A DNA stretch of 48,346 bases. It comes from an uncultured Bacteriovoracaceae bacterium. GTDB lineage: Bacteria > Bdellovibrionota > Bacteriovoracia > Bacteriovoracales > Bacteriovoracaceae. The notes under the pieces are model-generated. The model ran no database searches and had not been told where the DNA came from. It saw only the letters and a list, made by a program, of their open reading frames with translations. This document shows positions 1 to 8,240 of the stretch, in pieces. The stretch is taken from the NCBI GenBank assembly GCA_964012805.1, contig CAXGUD010000025.1:1-48346 (forward strand), written 5' to 3'. The first letter of the stretch is position 1, and each line of letters begins with the position of its first letter. Position numbers and translations under genes: made by a program.

Positions 1-54
1 AGACCATGATGATTCCCTAGACCATGATGATTCTATAGATCTTGATGATGTTAC
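1..54 (+). repeat. 18-bp imperfect tandem repeat encoding DHDDS(L/I)
   Basis: agaccatgatgattccct / agaccatgatgattctat / agatcttgatgatgttac. Confidence 0.7.
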
Positions 55-580
55 TTTAGGTTATCCTGGCGTAGGTGGAAATGGCTGTCCCGCAGGAACG
101 ACTTCGACCACGTTGTCTCCAGATAAAAAAGTTTTAAGTATCATATTTGATGAGTATATGGCCGAAGCAGGGGAAGGGACTGGGAAGAGAATTGATAGGA
201 AGTCTTGTAATATGGCCATACCAGTTCATGTTCCTCAAGGATTAAGTGTTTCTCTTTTTAAGTTGGATTATAGAGGCTTCGTTTCAACTCCTTCTGGTGG
301 AAATGCTAGACTAAGTGTCAATTACTTCTTTGCAGGTTCGAGAGGACCGAGAGTTGTAAGAAATTTCCCCGGAAGCTTTGATGATGAATACCTTTTCACA
401 GATAACCTTCAGGCTGCAGCAGTCGTTTGGTCCAAATGTGGTCAGGATGTTAACCTAAGAATAAATAGTTCAATGATGGCGAGATCAAATAGTTCAATGG
501 AAAGTGCTTTAGGTACCGTTGACAGTGTCGATGTTGAATCAGGTCTTAAATATCATTTAAAATGGAAACGTTGTAACTGA
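1..580 (+). CDS. DUF4360 family secreted protein (5' end outside window)
   Basis: Frame is open from base 2: DHDDSLDHDDSIDLDDVTLGYPGVGGNGCPAGT..LSPD..LSIIFDEY..RKSCNMAIPVHVPQG..DYRGF..WSKCG..LRINS..W.RC, the DUF4360 pattern. Confidence 0.85.
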   Translation, partial: DHDDSLDHDDSIDLDDVTLGYPGVGGNGCPAGTTSTTLSPDKKVLSIIFDEYMAEAGEGTGKRIDRKSCNMAIPVHVPQGLSVSLFKLDYRGFVSTPSGGNARLSVNYFFAGSRGPRVVRNFPGSFDDEYLFTDNLQAAAVVWSKCGQDVNLRINSSMMARSNSSMESALGTVDSVDVESGLKYHLKWKRCN

Positions 581-607
581 TTGTGACCGTTTGTCCGCTA
601 GTATTTT

Positions 608-2389
608 CTAGCGGACTTTCTTTGCTTCTTGAATAAGTGGCACTTCTACGAAAAGTCTTGTTCCTTTACCTAATTCACTTTCGACCCAAGCCTTTCCTTT
701 TAGTCTTTCTGCTTCGAATTTAATCGCATCCAGGCCAACACCTCTTCCTGACATATCAGTAGCTTCTTCTTTGGATGAAAACCCTGCTGCCATGACAAGT
801 TGGATAATTTCTTCACCCTTTAATAATGCTAGATCTTCCGCTTTGATGACGCCTTTTTCTACAGCTAATGGTCCAATAATGTCAGGATCGATACCTCTAC
901 CATCATCTTCAATTTCTATAAGTATCCACTTATTACCCTTAACTGTTTTTGTTTTAAAGTGGACCTTAATTTTGCCAGATGCTTTTTTTCTGGATTTTTT
1001 TCTTTCGGCAGAGCTTTCTATTCCGTGGTCCACGGCATTTCTAAAGGCATGGATAAGACTAGATATAAGAGGTTTATAAGAGTGCCTATAAAACTTAATT
1101 GAACCATTGAACATTTCAAATGAGACCTCTTTTCCAAGTTTTTCACCTACCTGAACAGTTGCTCTTTCAAAATGTTGGAATGCATCTCCAATGGGTTCTA
1201 GGATAAAATCCTTAAGGTATTCTTTATAAAGGTTAGATTCATCTCCAGCCGATAATTTAAGTTTTCTTCCCAGGCTTTCTATTTTTTTGATTGTTAGTTC
1301 TTTACTTGGGTTTTCCAATATTTTTCTTAGACCAAGGATATTGTCATTTTTGTCCAAAAAGGCGTTAAGGTCTTTGTCCAAAATTTTAAGAGAGCTCAAA
1401 ATTGGCTTCCTCTTTTTGGCCATTTCTTCTCTAATAGTTTTCGTGTCAGTTATATTGAGATTTGTAAACTCATTTTCAATCTTATGGGCCAATTGACTTA
1501 TTTTTCTGAGACCGAAAGACGCTGAACCGCCTTTTACAGAGTGTATAAGTCTGAAGCAGTGGCTTACATCAATTTCTCCTCTGCTTTTTGCAAAGGTCTT
1601 TTTGAGATAATCAAGTATGTTTTGGACTTCTGATATGAAATCAATAAAGTTTTGTTTATCTGTGACCATTGAAAGAATGGCCTTAACGTAAGCAGCTTCT
1701 TCTGCCGCAGCTTCTTTAAACTTTCTTTCTTCTGTCTTATCTGTTCCAATAATGACAAGTCTTGCTATTTTTCCTTTTTTATTTCTGATGACTTGGTAAT
1801 CGAGCTCTATATACTTCTCGCCAACTCTATCAAAGCTTTTCGGGCCAATTGGTTTTAAGTCTTCGAAGTCAATAGGTTCATCAAAAACAAGTTTAACCCA
1901 TTCTAGAACGCCTTTTCTTTCCTCATCTTTTAACTCTAGAATATCTGCAAAATTGTTTCCTACTGGATCTATTCCGAAAATTTGTTTCGATATGCTGGAA
2001 GGCTGCCCTTTGATAGCTCCAAAACGGTCGCATGTCATATAGGCTTGACCTAGATTTTCAAGAATTGTCTCAATTTCCTCTTTCTGACGAAGGCTTCTAT
2101 CGAGAGCTAGATTAAATTGAAAAAGAGCATGGGAGTATGTTCCTGAGTAGCCTCTTCGGTCAATTCTTACTCTAGATGTTCCTTTATTGTGCTCATAGAG
2201 ACTAAGGATTGCCTCTTTCATAAAAGCTTCTGTCTGATCTAAAATATTGTTTATGCCATCTGCGAGGTCTTTTTCTAGTGTCTCTTTTTTAAAATGAGTA
2301 AGTCTTACTTCAAGTTTACCACCTGATATATCTTTTAAAAGATCTAAGATCTTTTCCAAGTCTTTTGTTTTTTCAAGATGCTTGGTCAT
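608..2389 (-). CDS. Soluble CheA-like histidine kinase (HAMP-like x2, PAS-like, Hpt, HATPase), no CheW domain
   Basis: Hpt FRLIHSVKGG; HAFRNAVDHGIE, EDDGRGID, GFSSKEEATDMSGRGVGLD; protein ends right after the ATPase domain. Confidence 0.85.
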   Translation of the reverse strand: MTKHLEKTKDLEKILDLLKDISGGKLEVRLTHFKKETLEKDLADGINNILDQTEAFMKEAILSLYEHNKGTSRVRIDRRGYSGTYSHALFQFNLALDRSLRQKEEIETILENLGQAYMTCDRFGAIKGQPSSISKQIFGIDPVGNNFADILELKDEERKGVLEWVKLVFDEPIDFEDLKPIGPKSFDRVGEKYIELDYQVIRNKKGKIARLVIIGTDKTEERKFKEAAAEEAAYVKAILSMVTDKQNFIDFISEVQNILDYLKKTFAKSRGEIDVSHCFRLIHSVKGGSASFGLRKISQLAHKIENEFTNLNITDTKTIREEMAKKRKPILSSLKILDKDLNAFLDKNDNILGLRKILENPSKELTIKKIESLGRKLKLSAGDESNLYKEYLKDFILEPIGDAFQHFERATVQVGEKLGKEVSFEMFNGSIKFYRHSYKPLISSLIHAFRNAVDHGIESSAERKKSRKKASGKIKVHFKTKTVKGNKWILIEIEDDGRGIDPDIIGPLAVEKGVIKAEDLALLKGEEIIQLVMAAGFSSKEEATDMSGRGVGLDAIKFEAERLKGKAWVESELGKGTRLFVEVPLIQEAKKVR

Positions 2390-2395
2390 TAGTTG

Positions 2396-2794
2396 TTAAC
2401 CTTCCCCATTCTCTTCCCGCAATTTTTGATGTAAAAGCTGAGCTTCTGCAATTTGTTTAGAAGATGCTTTTCTCTTTATAAGCAAAAAACCAATCATTTC
2501 GTCATCCATATAGGATGGGGAAATCAAAGAATCTACCCAAAAATATTTTGCATCTGAACCATGAACTTTAACAACTCCTTGCCAACTCTTTCCAGAGGAG
2601 ACCTTCTCCCACAACTGTCTTACAATTGCCTTCGGTGTTTCTTTATCAAGGAAAAATGTATAGCTTTTCCCAATAATTTCTTCTTCCTCTAGGCCTGTTG
2701 CTTGTTGGAAAGATAAGTTGGAATAAGTAACAATGCCAGCCTTGTCTGTCTTGGTAATAAGAAAGGCATTATTTTTGAGCTCGACTTCTTCCAT
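2396..2794 (-). CDS. Stand-alone Aer-like PAS domain protein
   Basis: LITKTDKAGIVTYSN..F..ATG..EEIIGK..PKAI..LWEKVSSGKSWQGVVK..YFWVD resembles the Aer/CetB PAS; 6 bp from the kinase gene. Confidence 0.8.
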   Translation of the reverse strand: MEEVELKNNAFLITKTDKAGIVTYSNLSFQQATGLEEEEIIGKSYTFFLDKETPKAIVRQLWEKVSSGKSWQGVVKVHGSDAKYFWVDSLISPSYMDDEMIGFLLIKRKASSKQIAEAQLLHQKLREENGEG

Positions 2795-2830
2795 AGTTCT
2801 GCTTTTTAATGGTTTTTGTCATTCAAATAA

Positions 2831-2859
2831 CTATCGGTGGGAAAGTGCCATATGTTTAA
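2831..2859 (-). promoter_or_regulatory. Putative sigma28 (FliA) promoter of the PAS-kinase operon
   Basis: Minus strand TAAA-N16-ACCGATAG, about 37 bp upstream of the ATG. Confidence 0.55.
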
Positions 2860-2978
2860 TGAATAATGCTTTTTTTTGACTTAACACTGGAAACGCATCA
2901 AGAAAAAGTAGTGTGGCAAAAAAGTCGTTTATAGCTTATAATTCATACATTATTTTGATTCTTACAAGAAGGGAAGGC

Positions 2979-3770
2979 ATGGGTGTTTCAACAAAATTTG
3001 TTTCTCTTATAACAGACTTTGGGAATAGAGATGGTTTTGTTGGAATTATGAAAGGGGTCATGTTAAAAATTAACCCAAACCTTCAGTTCATTGATATTTC
3101 TCATGAAGTAAAATCGTTTGACCTTTTTAATGGAGCATTTTTGGTTGAAAGATCTTTAAACTATTTACCAGAAAATGCAATTCATTTAGTCATTGTTGAC
3201 CCAGGTGTGGGGTCTTCTAGGCTACCGATCATTGTTTCAACAAAATTAGGGATTTTTGTTGGGCCGGATAATGGTGTTTTAACTCCAATCATAGAAAACC
3301 GAGATATTTTTATTGAAGCAAGAGAGATAAAAAATAAAAAATATTTCTTAGAAAATATAAGTTGTAATTTTCATGGAAGAGACATATTCGCTCCTGTCGC
3401 AGCTCATTTAAGTTTAGGGGAAGAGCTAAAAGATTTTGGTTCTGTTCTTAAGCAGCCAATAACACTGCATTTAACCAAACCTAAAGTCAGAACTTCTGAA
3501 ATTAAAGGTGAAGTTGTTTATATAGACACTTTTGGAAACTTAATTACCAATATACCAAATAATCATTTTTCAGATCTGATAAGTGAAATTCGTTGTGGAA
3601 TAAATATTTGTAATAAAGTTGAAAATTATGGTGGAGGCTTTTTTAGAAAACTGTCAATTTTAGAGGGAAGTCACGGTTATTTAGAGATATTTTTAAAAGA
3701 GTTCTCAGCTTCGCAGGAGTTTGGTATTAAAAAGGGTCAGGAAGTAACTATTAAATTAAAGGACAGTTAA
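2979..3770 (+). CDS. SAM hydrolase / SAM-dependent halogenase family (DUF62)
   Basis: LITDFG..DGFVG.MKGV, IDISH, VIVDPGVGS.R, FVGPDNG, FHGRDIFAPVAA, YIDTFGNLITN; ATG 2979 follows RBS GGAAGG (ORF track starts at GTG 2913). Confidence 0.9.
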   Translation: MGVSTKFVSLITDFGNRDGFVGIMKGVMLKINPNLQFIDISHEVKSFDLFNGAFLVERSLNYLPENAIHLVIVDPGVGSSRLPIIVSTKLGIFVGPDNGVLTPIIENRDIFIEAREIKNKKYFLENISCNFHGRDIFAPVAAHLSLGEELKDFGSVLKQPITLHLTKPKVRTSEIKGEVVYIDTFGNLITNIPNNHFSDLISEIRCGINICNKVENYGGGFFRKLSILEGSHGYLEIFLKEFSASQEFGIKKGQEVTIKLKDS

Positions 3771-3777
3771 TATTTCG

Positions 3778-4350
3778 ATGAAAAGGATTTACCTTTTAAG
3801 TTATAATCTGATTTCATTTTTACTCTGGTTTTACATCCTTTTTCATGTGGTAATGAACCCTTTCTCTTTTTTTCAAGATGTAAGTTTAATTTTGAAAATT
3901 GCTCAGACAATGGCAGTTCTTGATATATTTCATAGTTACTTAGGTCTATCTTCCTCTTTAAAGTTACCAGCGATAATGCAGACATCGACGAGACTGATTT
4001 TTACATGGCTTATTTTGGGTAAGTACGATGTAACAACAATCGGTTGGGTTCCTTTGATGGTAGTTGCAAGCTGGTCAATAATTGAAATTGTCCGCTACCT
4101 TTATTATTTTTTAAAAGTAAAGTTTGATGAAGTAGAAAGCAACGTTCCTTATCTTATTGTTTGGCTAAGGTACCGCCTCTTTTTTATTCTTTACCCGCTA
4201 GGCTTTTCTGGAGAAGTGGCTTGTCTATATAAATCAGACCTTGTTGTTGGTGGCTGGACTTTTACTTTCATACCTTACTTTTTTGGCCTTCTTTTTATGA
4301 TGAAGCATATGCACCTAATAGGACAAAAGAAGTTAAAAGATAGAGCTTAG
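3778..4350 (+). CDS. PTPLA/HACD (Phs1-like) 3-hydroxyacyl-CoA dehydratase family membrane protein
   Basis: YL..YN....LW, Q..AVLDIFH..LG, Q...R, SWSIIEIVRYLYY, WLRY.LF..LYPLG..GE motifs; several TM segments. Confidence 0.85.
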   Translation: MKRIYLLSYNLISFLLWFYILFHVVMNPFSFFQDVSLILKIAQTMAVLDIFHSYLGLSSSLKLPAIMQTSTRLIFTWLILGKYDVTTIGWVPLMVVASWSIIEIVRYLYYFLKVKFDEVESNVPYLIVWLRYRLFFILYPLGFSGEVACLYKSDLVVGGWTFTFIPYFFGLLFMMKHMHLIGQKKLKDRA

Positions 4351-4369
4351 GGGTATCAAGGAGTATTTA

Positions 4370-4939
4370 TTGGGAAATAAAATCATTATTTCTGAAATTA
4401 AATGTGCTGAACAAAGTTCACAAGTAACTTTTGATGGAGAAATTGAGCCTGGAGATTTTTATAATTTTGATAACGGACAACTAGTTGAAAAGTTGGGGAA
4501 ACCTTTAGATGTTCTCTTTTTAGATTATAGAAAAGAATACGAGATTTTTAAAAATAATAGATATTCTCATTCGATTCCTTTTTTGGAAAGTGAAAAAGAA
4601 AAAGAACTTTTAAAAGGAAAAAAAATAGAGGCGAGGGAAGCTTTTATTTTTAATTTTATCCTTTTAAAGGAAATTCGAGATAAAAAATCATGTCCTTATT
4701 TTATGGTTTTTAGAGGCGCTCAGTTGCCTGTTGGGAGAGATCTTGAAAACTTTTATAAAAGAATGGCATTTAATGAAAGACCTTTTTTTGATATTGTTAT
4801 TGAAATAAATAGAAAAAAAAGAGAAGGCAAAAACTATTTTTTTTTCCAAAAAACATGGAAAGAAAAGAGAGATGCAAGTATTGAAGAAAAAAATACGGCC
4901 GAAAAGTGGATAAATTATCTGGAAGATGAATCGGCCTAA
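4370..4939 (+). CDS. Hypothetical protein
   Basis: 189-aa ORF with TTG start and AGGAG RBS; co-oriented with the upstream genes; no motif recognised. Confidence 0.6.
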   Translation: MGNKIIISEIKCAEQSSQVTFDGEIEPGDFYNFDNGQLVEKLGKPLDVLFLDYRKEYEIFKNNRYSHSIPFLESEKEKELLKGKKIEAREAFIFNFILLKEIRDKKSCPYFMVFRGAQLPVGRDLENFYKRMAFNERPFFDIVIEINRKKREGKNYFFFQKTWKEKRDASIEEKNTAEKWINYLEDESA

Positions 4940-4959
4940 AGACAATTGATAATCAAATA

Positions 4960-6219
4960 TTAAGAGGATAGTCTTGACGGGGAATCTTTTTCATACAAAT
5001 AGTAAAATAAGAAAAGAAAAATGATTCCTGATGATAAAATGAAAACAGAGGCAAAAGTTGATTTTAGGATGAAAAAAGAATAGATAAAACCAATAAGAGC
5101 ACAAGTTATAATGCGAATGAGTTCAAGCTTTCTTGCCCAATATGGGTTATTTAATAAAATACCTACACTCAATAATGAAATAATCAGAAATGAAATAGTT
5201 AGCCCCTTATCAAGGTTACTTGTTACAAAGAGATCAAAATAGAGAAATGTATTTGAGCAAAATAAAAAGCTTATAGTGAGGTATATATTTTTATGAAGAC
5301 CTTTTGCTCCTTGGTCGTGTTTCTCATAACTTTTAAAATGGACTTCTGGAGTGGCCTCCTGGCCAGAAGGTGTCCAACTAGGGTTAAAAAAGAGGACTTT
5401 AACTTTGTTTAGGAAACCTGGCATTGACCAAAACCTCTTAAACAAGAAAACCCAGTTTTTAATTTGACCCCAAATAGGGTTCCAGCTTTTTAGGGGTGTA
5501 ATAATGCCATAAACTGGAACTTCATCGTCTTCCTCTTCCTTAAAAGTTCCAAACATTCTGTCCCAAATAATAAAAGTTCCTCCAAAATTCTTATCAATAT
5601 ACTTTGGATTTTTCGCGTGGTGGACACGGTGATGAGAGGGCGTAGAGAAAACAAACTCGATCGGCCACCACATCTTTCCAATGAGCCTTGTATGAGGAAG
5701 AAATTGAAAAATCAAGTTCAACTGTCCACAAATGAGCCACATGACGGGGTCAAAACCTAGAAAAGCGAGAGAAAAGAAAATGGGGCTGGAGAAAAATGTT
5801 TGAAAGGCCCCCTGGCGGAGAGCGACTGAGTAGTTAAACTCCTCACTTGAATGATGGGGTTCATGGGAGCCCCAAATAATATTAACCTTATGTGAGATTA
5901 AATGGAAAAGGTAGTAAAGAAAGTCATGCGCTATATAGCATATAATCCAAATGTACCAGGTGTTTTCGAGTGTGACGATTTTATAATTTTGATAAATCCA
6001 GGCGTAAGTAAGGAAGAGAGAAAGTCCCGCCAAAATATCTGTAATTTGAGAAAAAATTCCCATGGTTAGATTATTAATCGTATCATTAACTCTATAATGG
6101 TCTTGTTTGTTTTGTCTTCTCGCGAATAGAAACTCAATGACAATGGTTACGCTAAATAGAGGAATGGCGTATTTAATATACTGAGGAATAAGAGGTATAA
6201 ACCCAGATGTCTCATTCAT
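4960..6219 (-). CDS. Sterol desaturase / alkylglycerol monooxygenase-like fatty acid hydroxylase
   Basis: His boxes YYLFHLISH, SHEPHHSSEEFNYSVALRQ, PHT, TPSHHRVHH, DKNFGGTFIIWDRMFGTF, plus a C-terminal TM extension as in AGMO. Confidence 0.88.
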   Translation of the reverse strand: MNETSGFIPLIPQYIKYAIPLFSVTIVIEFLFARRQNKQDHYRVNDTINNLTMGIFSQITDILAGLSLFLTYAWIYQNYKIVTLENTWYIWIICYIAHDFLYYLFHLISHKVNIIWGSHEPHHSSEEFNYSVALRQGAFQTFFSSPIFFSLAFLGFDPVMWLICGQLNLIFQFLPHTRLIGKMWWPIEFVFSTPSHHRVHHAKNPKYIDKNFGGTFIIWDRMFGTFKEEEDDEVPVYGIITPLKSWNPIWGQIKNWVFLFKRFWSMPGFLNKVKVLFFNPSWTPSGQEATPEVHFKSYEKHDQGAKGLHKNIYLTISFLFCSNTFLYFDLFVTSNLDKGLTISFLIISLLSVGILLNNPYWARKLELIRIITCALIGFIYSFFILKSTFASVFILSSGIIFLFLFYYLYEKDSPSRLSS

Positions 6220-6368
6220 TTTTCGAATCCTTAGCTCTATTTTAAGGTCATTTTAAGCAAAGTGGTAACGCTAAGATTACCCTTTGCATTTGATAGATTT
6301 GAGACAGTTTGGATGTCTTTTACTCTAATTTCTTGAAATTGAATAAATATTATTTATTTACCGAATTT

Positions 6369-6971
6369 TTAATCGTATTGAGGCTTGTAAGGAATAAGAT
6401 AAAAGCCAACATTGCTAAAAGGTTTTGCACCTTTCCCAAGTTTCTTTAGTCTATTGTAGATACGATAAGTTGGCTTCTTAAAAGTATCTGTAAGCTTAAA
6501 GGCCTTACCGACTTTAGAGGGTTTATTCCACCATCCACCTTCAAAGGCCCCTACGAAATGGTACTCTTCCCACGTGACAAAGCCAGCAATAAGTAAATAA
6601 ATGTTTTGATTTTTTGATTTTTTATTGAAGGTCTCTTTTGATAAGTATTTAAGTTTAGGTCCTGTCCCAAGCAAAATACCTTGATCCATTTTTAAGGCCT
6701 TTTTCAAATTCTTTTTATTAACGTTGTAAGGCCTTTCAACAGGTGAGTTTTTGATTCCACCAGGAGTATGTCTTTTGGAATGAGTGCTGAATGCGTAGCA
6801 ATTTCTTTTATTACTATCTAGTTTCTTGGCAACCTTATCAGAGGCCAGAAGGATTTTATAAGGTTTTCCTTTATACTCTACATAAATATACTTGGCCTTT
6901 TCGAGGTCAACTTTTTGGGCCAATCCATGGAACGATAATAAAAAGATAAAAGCAGAAATTATTAGTTTCAT
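6369..6971 (-). CDS. Secreted protein, possible papain-like Cys-His hydrolase
   Basis: Signal peptide; NCYAFS...YHFV..GWWNKP pattern; RBS AGGAG. Confidence 0.6.
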   Translation of the reverse strand: MKLIISAFIFLLSFHGLAQKVDLEKAKYIYVEYKGKPYKILLASDKVAKKLDSNKRNCYAFSTHSKRHTPGGIKNSPVERPYNVNKKNLKKALKMDQGILLGTGPKLKYLSKETFNKKSKNQNIYLLIAGFVTWEEYHFVGAFEGGWWNKPSKVGKAFKLTDTFKKPTYRIYNRLKKLGKGAKPFSNVGFYLIPYKPQYD

Positions 6972-7006
6972 TTAAAGGGGACTCCTTTTAAAGCTTAGAA
7001 CCATAA

Positions 7007-7035
7007 AGATCGGCTTTTTAATCTTAAAGGCTTAA
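7007..7035 (-). promoter_or_regulatory. Putative sigma28 (FliA) promoter
   Basis: Minus strand TTAAG-N16-GCCGATCT, about 35 bp upstream of ATG 6971. Confidence 0.55.
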
Positions 7036-7454
7036 CAGTTTAAAAAGAGAGTATAGTTTTAAATTGTATTTGTTTAAGGATTTCGAACTTATCATAGAAG
7101 GGAAGTGAAAAAGTTAATAATCCTTAGTTTCTTTCAATTAAAAGGCTTTTGTTATGCCTCTTCTATTTACAATAATTCCGTAAGTATTTTAAAGTTATTC
7201 ACATTCATTAGGTTTGTTCATAGGTTCACATTTAAAGATTTAAAACCTTAATGATGACTTCAGGCATATTATTGCAACATGCATAACAAATTATTTTGGG
7301 CTATTTTTTTGTTATGTGTTGTTGAAAAAAACAGCAATTTTCTTTTTTTTTTTTTTTAATTTTCTTTTCTCTAATTGTCACGGGACAAATTTTTTCCTAA
7401 AAGAGGAAAGGATGAATATTTTATCTAAGAACTCATAAAAAAGGAGACAAGGTT

Positions 7455-8093
7455 ATGGCGAAAATTTGGCTTCGCTTAATTTTATGTTTTTTGGTTTTTC
7501 AAACTTTTCCAGGAAATATGAGAGCGTCTGTCCATATCGAGCCCTACTTTGGTAAAATCCTCAACTTTTCAAAGGCCTCGCAAACTGAAAGCTCTGTTAA
7601 ATATGAGAGGGATTTAGATGGAGCCATGTATGGAGCACGTTTAGGGTATGGCCTGCTAGGGTTTTCTGCAGGAGTCGACTTTGCTTCTTCGCAATTTGAT
7701 GCGGAATTAAAAAAACCAATCGGGCAAGTAACTTCTTGGAAGCTTTCTGGGCAGTCTGTTTTAAGTTCTGTTGAGGCAAGCTACTTTGGTCTTTTTATAA
7801 ACTATGATTTGCCATTTCTTCTCCGCCTGTGGGCGACTTATTTTCCTAGTGTCCGTTATGAATTTGGAAGTGGTGACCCACTTCAAAATGATAATGACTT
7901 ATGGAAAGGAACTGGATTTTCTTTAGGTATCGGTTATACAGGTTTACCTTTTTTCTCATTAAACTATGAACTAAGAAGTTTTAGCTTTGATGAGGAATAT
8001 GAAAGCTCTAGTGATTCAACTAAAGAGCTTTCCATAGAGCATGACTCAGTAGAGCACCTTGTCGGTATAAGTATACCGATGAACTTTTTTTAA
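7455..8093 (+). CDS. Outer membrane beta-barrel protein
   Basis: Signal peptide; alternating strands YGARLGYGLLGFSAGVD, GFSLGIGYTGLPFFSLNYE; ends VGISIPMNFF; RBS AGGAG. Confidence 0.75.
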   Translation: MAKIWLRLILCFLVFQTFPGNMRASVHIEPYFGKILNFSKASQTESSVKYERDLDGAMYGARLGYGLLGFSAGVDFASSQFDAELKKPIGQVTSWKLSGQSVLSSVEASYFGLFINYDLPFLLRLWATYFPSVRYEFGSGDPLQNDNDLWKGTGFSLGIGYTGLPFFSLNYELRSFSFDEEYESSSDSTKELSIEHDSVEHLVGISIPMNFF

Positions 8094-8240
8094 GCTTAAG
8101 GGCCTTAGGTCCTCGGGTATTCGCACACCAGTTAGCTTGCCGGTCAAAACCAATTGAGCCGGAGCTTCTTTCATGCTAACTTCAACTTCTGTAGTTATTT
8201 CAGAAAATTAGAGTAATGTTTAAGTAGGTTAGAAACCGCA

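Noticed and set aside
608..2389. Canonical cheA
   Set aside because: No P2 or CheW domain and no che operon, so no gene symbol was assigned (same for the two paralogs)
2979..3770. Fluorinase/chlorinase biosynthetic cluster
   Set aside because: Most DUF62 members are SAM hydrolases, and no secondary-metabolite genes are nearby
6257..6287. Hairpin GCAAAG-T-GGTAA...TTACC-CTTTGC as a riboswitch
   Set aside because: A single short stem with no recognisable aptamer; could be a terminator or operator but is unsupported
7262..7276. AGGCATATTATTGCA as a sigma54 promoter
   Set aside because: Spacing is GG-N9-GC, not the required N10
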